Shown: in pieces, positions 60,956 to 64,000 of the stretch
How the letters are laid out: each line of letters opens with the position of its first letter
How positions within the stretch are numbered: the first letter of the stretch is position 1
NCBI GenBank assembly: GCA_973895155.1
Contig: OZ316897.1
Coordinates: forward strand, 23,349,455 to 23,413,454
Direction: 5' to 3'
Source of the DNA: Marsupella aquatica
Taxonomy: Eukaryota > Plantae > Marchantiophyta
Length of the DNA: 64,000 bases
Notes under the pieces: generated by a model
The model's database searches: none
What the model was told of the DNA's origin: nothing
The model's input: the letters and a program-made list of their open reading frames with translations, nothing else
Position numbers and translations under genes: made by a program

Positions 60956-63900
60956 ATACCAAGGGATCGGCATACAAGCCGATTACGAGGGCAGAACAAA
61001 TTGAGGCCCTATTAGAAGCCGAGAGAGCACAGCGGCCTAACTCTCAGGAGCAAGAAGTGGATGAGATGGACAGACACGATCCAGAGCCAAGGCAGGAAGG
61101 GGAGCCGACCACTAATTCAAAACCGAATAGACCGGTAAGGGGACAATCTATGGACACCAAGGAAGGGACCGACTCGGCTAGTCCAGCCGAGATCCCAGTT
61201 TATGGAGGTATGAGATTAGAGAGACTGGAAGCCGAACTGGACCCGAATTTGAAGAAGCAGATTAATATGATCCAAGCACGGCAATATCGGAAGCTCGACT
61301 TAGGAGAGGGAAGAGAACTGAACTTAGGGAGAAACCTAGCACCTGAGCTCGAGAAAGAGATTAGTGACTTATTGATTGAATTTCAGGATGTGTTTGCATG
61401 GAGTCACCAAGATCTAAAGGGAGTAGATCCAACACTAGGGGAACATCGAATTGATCTCATGTTAGGAGCCAAATCATTTCGACAACCAATTCGAAGGATG
61501 AACCCGAAGTATTCCCTGCTGGTCAAAACAGAAATCGACAAACTAGTGGAAGCTGGATTCATCACTCCAGTCCTGCATTCAGACTGGGTGTCTCCAATTG
61601 TGATAGTTCCCAAGAAAGCTGGACCCGATGGTAAACCCAAGATCCGGGTTTGTCAGGATTACAGGAAGCTGAATGAAGCAACATTAAAAGACCATTTTCC
61701 TTTACCGTTTACTGATATGGTACTAGACATGGTAGCCAGTCATGAACTATATTCATTCATGGATGGATACTCTGGTTATAACCAAATCAGGATTCGGCAG
61801 GAAGACCAAATCAAGACGGCCTTCATCACGGAATGGGGGATCTATGTCTTCAATCGTATGCCGTTTGGACTCTGCAACGCACCAGCTATGTTCCAACGAT
61901 TAATGGTGAACATTTTTCATGATTACTTGAGAAAGTTCATGGAAATCTTCATTGATGACTTTGCAGTATTCGGGAAGGCATCGAAACATGCTAAATACCT
62001 CAGGAAAACCTTCATGAGATGTAGAGAGGTGGGTCTCAAGTTACACCCAGATAAATGTTTTTTTGCAGTAACCGAGGGGGTGCTACTAGGTCACAAGGTA
62101 TCAAGGAAGGGCATTGAGATTGACAAAGGTAAGCTAGCAGTATGGCTAGATATCATGCAACCTAAGAACATAAAGGATGTAAGATCCTTCTTGGGATGCA
62201 TTGGTTACTATCGCCGGTTCATCAAGGATTTTGCCAAGCTGGCTTTACCATTAACCAATATGCTCAAGGCAGGAGCAGACTTCGAACCCACACCCGAACG
62301 AGTCACAGCGGTGGTAGAATTGAAGCAGATGTTAGTAGAGGCCCCAGTCATGATAGCACCGGACTGGAACAAAGATTTTCATGTTTTTGTAGATGTCTCG
62401 GGCTTCTGTATTGGCTCAGTACTAAGTCAGTTGGATGAGAAAGGAAGGGACCATCCCATATACTTCGCAAGCCGTCAGCTTGCCGATGCCGAACGGAACT
62501 ACTCTACCATGGAAAGAGAAGCATTAGGAGTCATTTATTCTTGTAAAAAGTTTAGGCATTATTTACTAGGGTACAAGGTAATCTTTCATACTGATCATGA
62601 AAGTTTGAAGTACCTAGTCAATAAGCCGGACCTTACAGGCAGAGTAGCAAGATGGATTTTGCTATTACAGGAGTTTGACTATGAGCTGAGGATCAAGCCG
62701 GGAAAGTTACATGCCAATGCCGACTTCTTTTCAAGGATCACAGGTAAACCTGCCACGGATTGCATCGATGATCGATTCCCCGACGAGGAGATATTCGTTG
62801 TGGAAATAGCTGGTACATGGTACCCTGAGATTTTACAATTTCTCAGCACTTCCAGATTACAGCCAGGATTAAGCCGAGAGCAAGCCGCAGTCTTTGTGCG
62901 GAAGGTCAGACAGTATCAGTGCATTAAAGGCATACTGCACAAGCATGGAATCAACGGCACGATTCAAAGATGTTTGGAAAAGAGAGAGGTAAAACGAGTC
63001 CTACGGGCCATGCATGGAGAGGAGGCTGGAGGACATTTTGCCCCAGTAACCACGTCTAAGAAGATATTAAATGCCGGTTACTGGTGGCCCACCTTGCACA
63101 AAGATGTCTATCAGTTTATCAAACAATGCGATCCTTGTCAACGAGCGGGAGGACCAAGGGCGTCCACCAGGCATCCACTGCACCCTATTCTACCTCTGGC
63201 ACCATTCGAGAAGTGGGGTATTGATTACATTGGACCTCTGAAACCACTGACCCACCCTCGACGGAACAAGTACATAATCCTGGCTACGGATTATGCAACT
63301 AAATGGGTAGAGGCCAGACCAACAACGAAGGATGATGCAATTACTACGGCTAGATTCATGTATGAGCAGATCTTCACCAGGTATGGAGCACCCCTAGAAT
63401 TAGTTAGTGATAGAGGAACCCATTTTTTGAATGATATAATTAGTCGTTTAAATGAGCAGTATTTAGTTAAACATAGGCCTACTACTCCCTACCATCCAAA
63501 GGCAAACGGGTTGACAGAACGAGCAAACGGAATCATAGGAAAGATATTGAACAAGACAGTAGCTCAGAACAAACTCGATTGGGATGATAAATTGTTTGCT
63601 GCTGTTTTTGCTTAAAATCTTGCCTATAAATCCACTACCGGTCATACACCCTTCTTCTTAACCTTTGGACAAGAAGCCCTGGTACCCATGCAACTTGAGA
63701 TACCGACATTTCAAGTTACAATTGAGGAAAGAGCCTCAGCAGAGGAGAGCCTAAAGGAGCGAGAATATAGGTTAGAAGCTTTAGAGGAAGTGAGAATGAT
63801 TTCAGCCGAGAGAGTAGAATATAGACAGAATATCATGAAGCAGCAGTATGATAAAAGGTTAAAAGTAGTTAGTATTCATACCGGTGATCTTGTGCTACTT

Positions 63901-64000
63901 TATGACAATAGGTATAGTAGGTTTCCAGGAAAGCTTTACACTCGCTGGTTAGGACCCTTTAGAGTAACCATGATGTTCCCCAATGGCTCCGTACAATTGG
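60886..64000 (+). pseudogene. pol: A3 pol (RT-RNase H-integrase), premature TAA at 63613-63615
   Basis: 917-aa ORF with all RT, RNase H and integrase core motifs; homology continues in frame to the window end. Confidence 0.95.

Larger units (their letters stand above)
53257..64000 (+). mobile_element. Ty3/gypsy family A copy A3 (runs off window end)
   Basis: 5' LTR 53257-57892, PBS 57897-57915, gag-PR, pol. Predicted TSD GTAGG (53252-53256). Confidence 0.96.

Overview
Gene-free, TE-saturated window from a land-plant-type eukaryote (TTTAGGG repeats, tRNA-Asn PBS), built almost entirely of nested mobile elements. Two Sola-like DDD/E transposase genes and a decayed Ty1/copia fragment are interrupted by non-chromovirus (Athila/Tat/Phygy-like) Ty3/gypsy retrotransposons. 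There are three young copies of family A (A1 4043-19593, A2 27966-42550, A3 53257-window end), an older A-like LTR, two family B LTRs and one family C solo LTR. The four complete insertions (C, A1, A2, B2) have 5-bp TSDs readable at both ends. The striking feature is that family A LTRs are about 4.65 kb and family B LTRs about 4 kb, and each LTR carries a whole sense-strand ORF (about 1,200 aa in A, about 870 aa in B, mutually homologous). The gene is therefore duplicated in every element and survives in LTR-only remnants. Also seen: a -1 frameshift signal (GGATTTT plus pseudoknot) between protease and RT, LTR pairs that do not sort by insertion, a hairpin conserved across three LTR families, a gag stop shared by two independent insertions, and short telomere-repeat tracts at junctions. 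Family and domain names are by-eye motif assignments, not database results.
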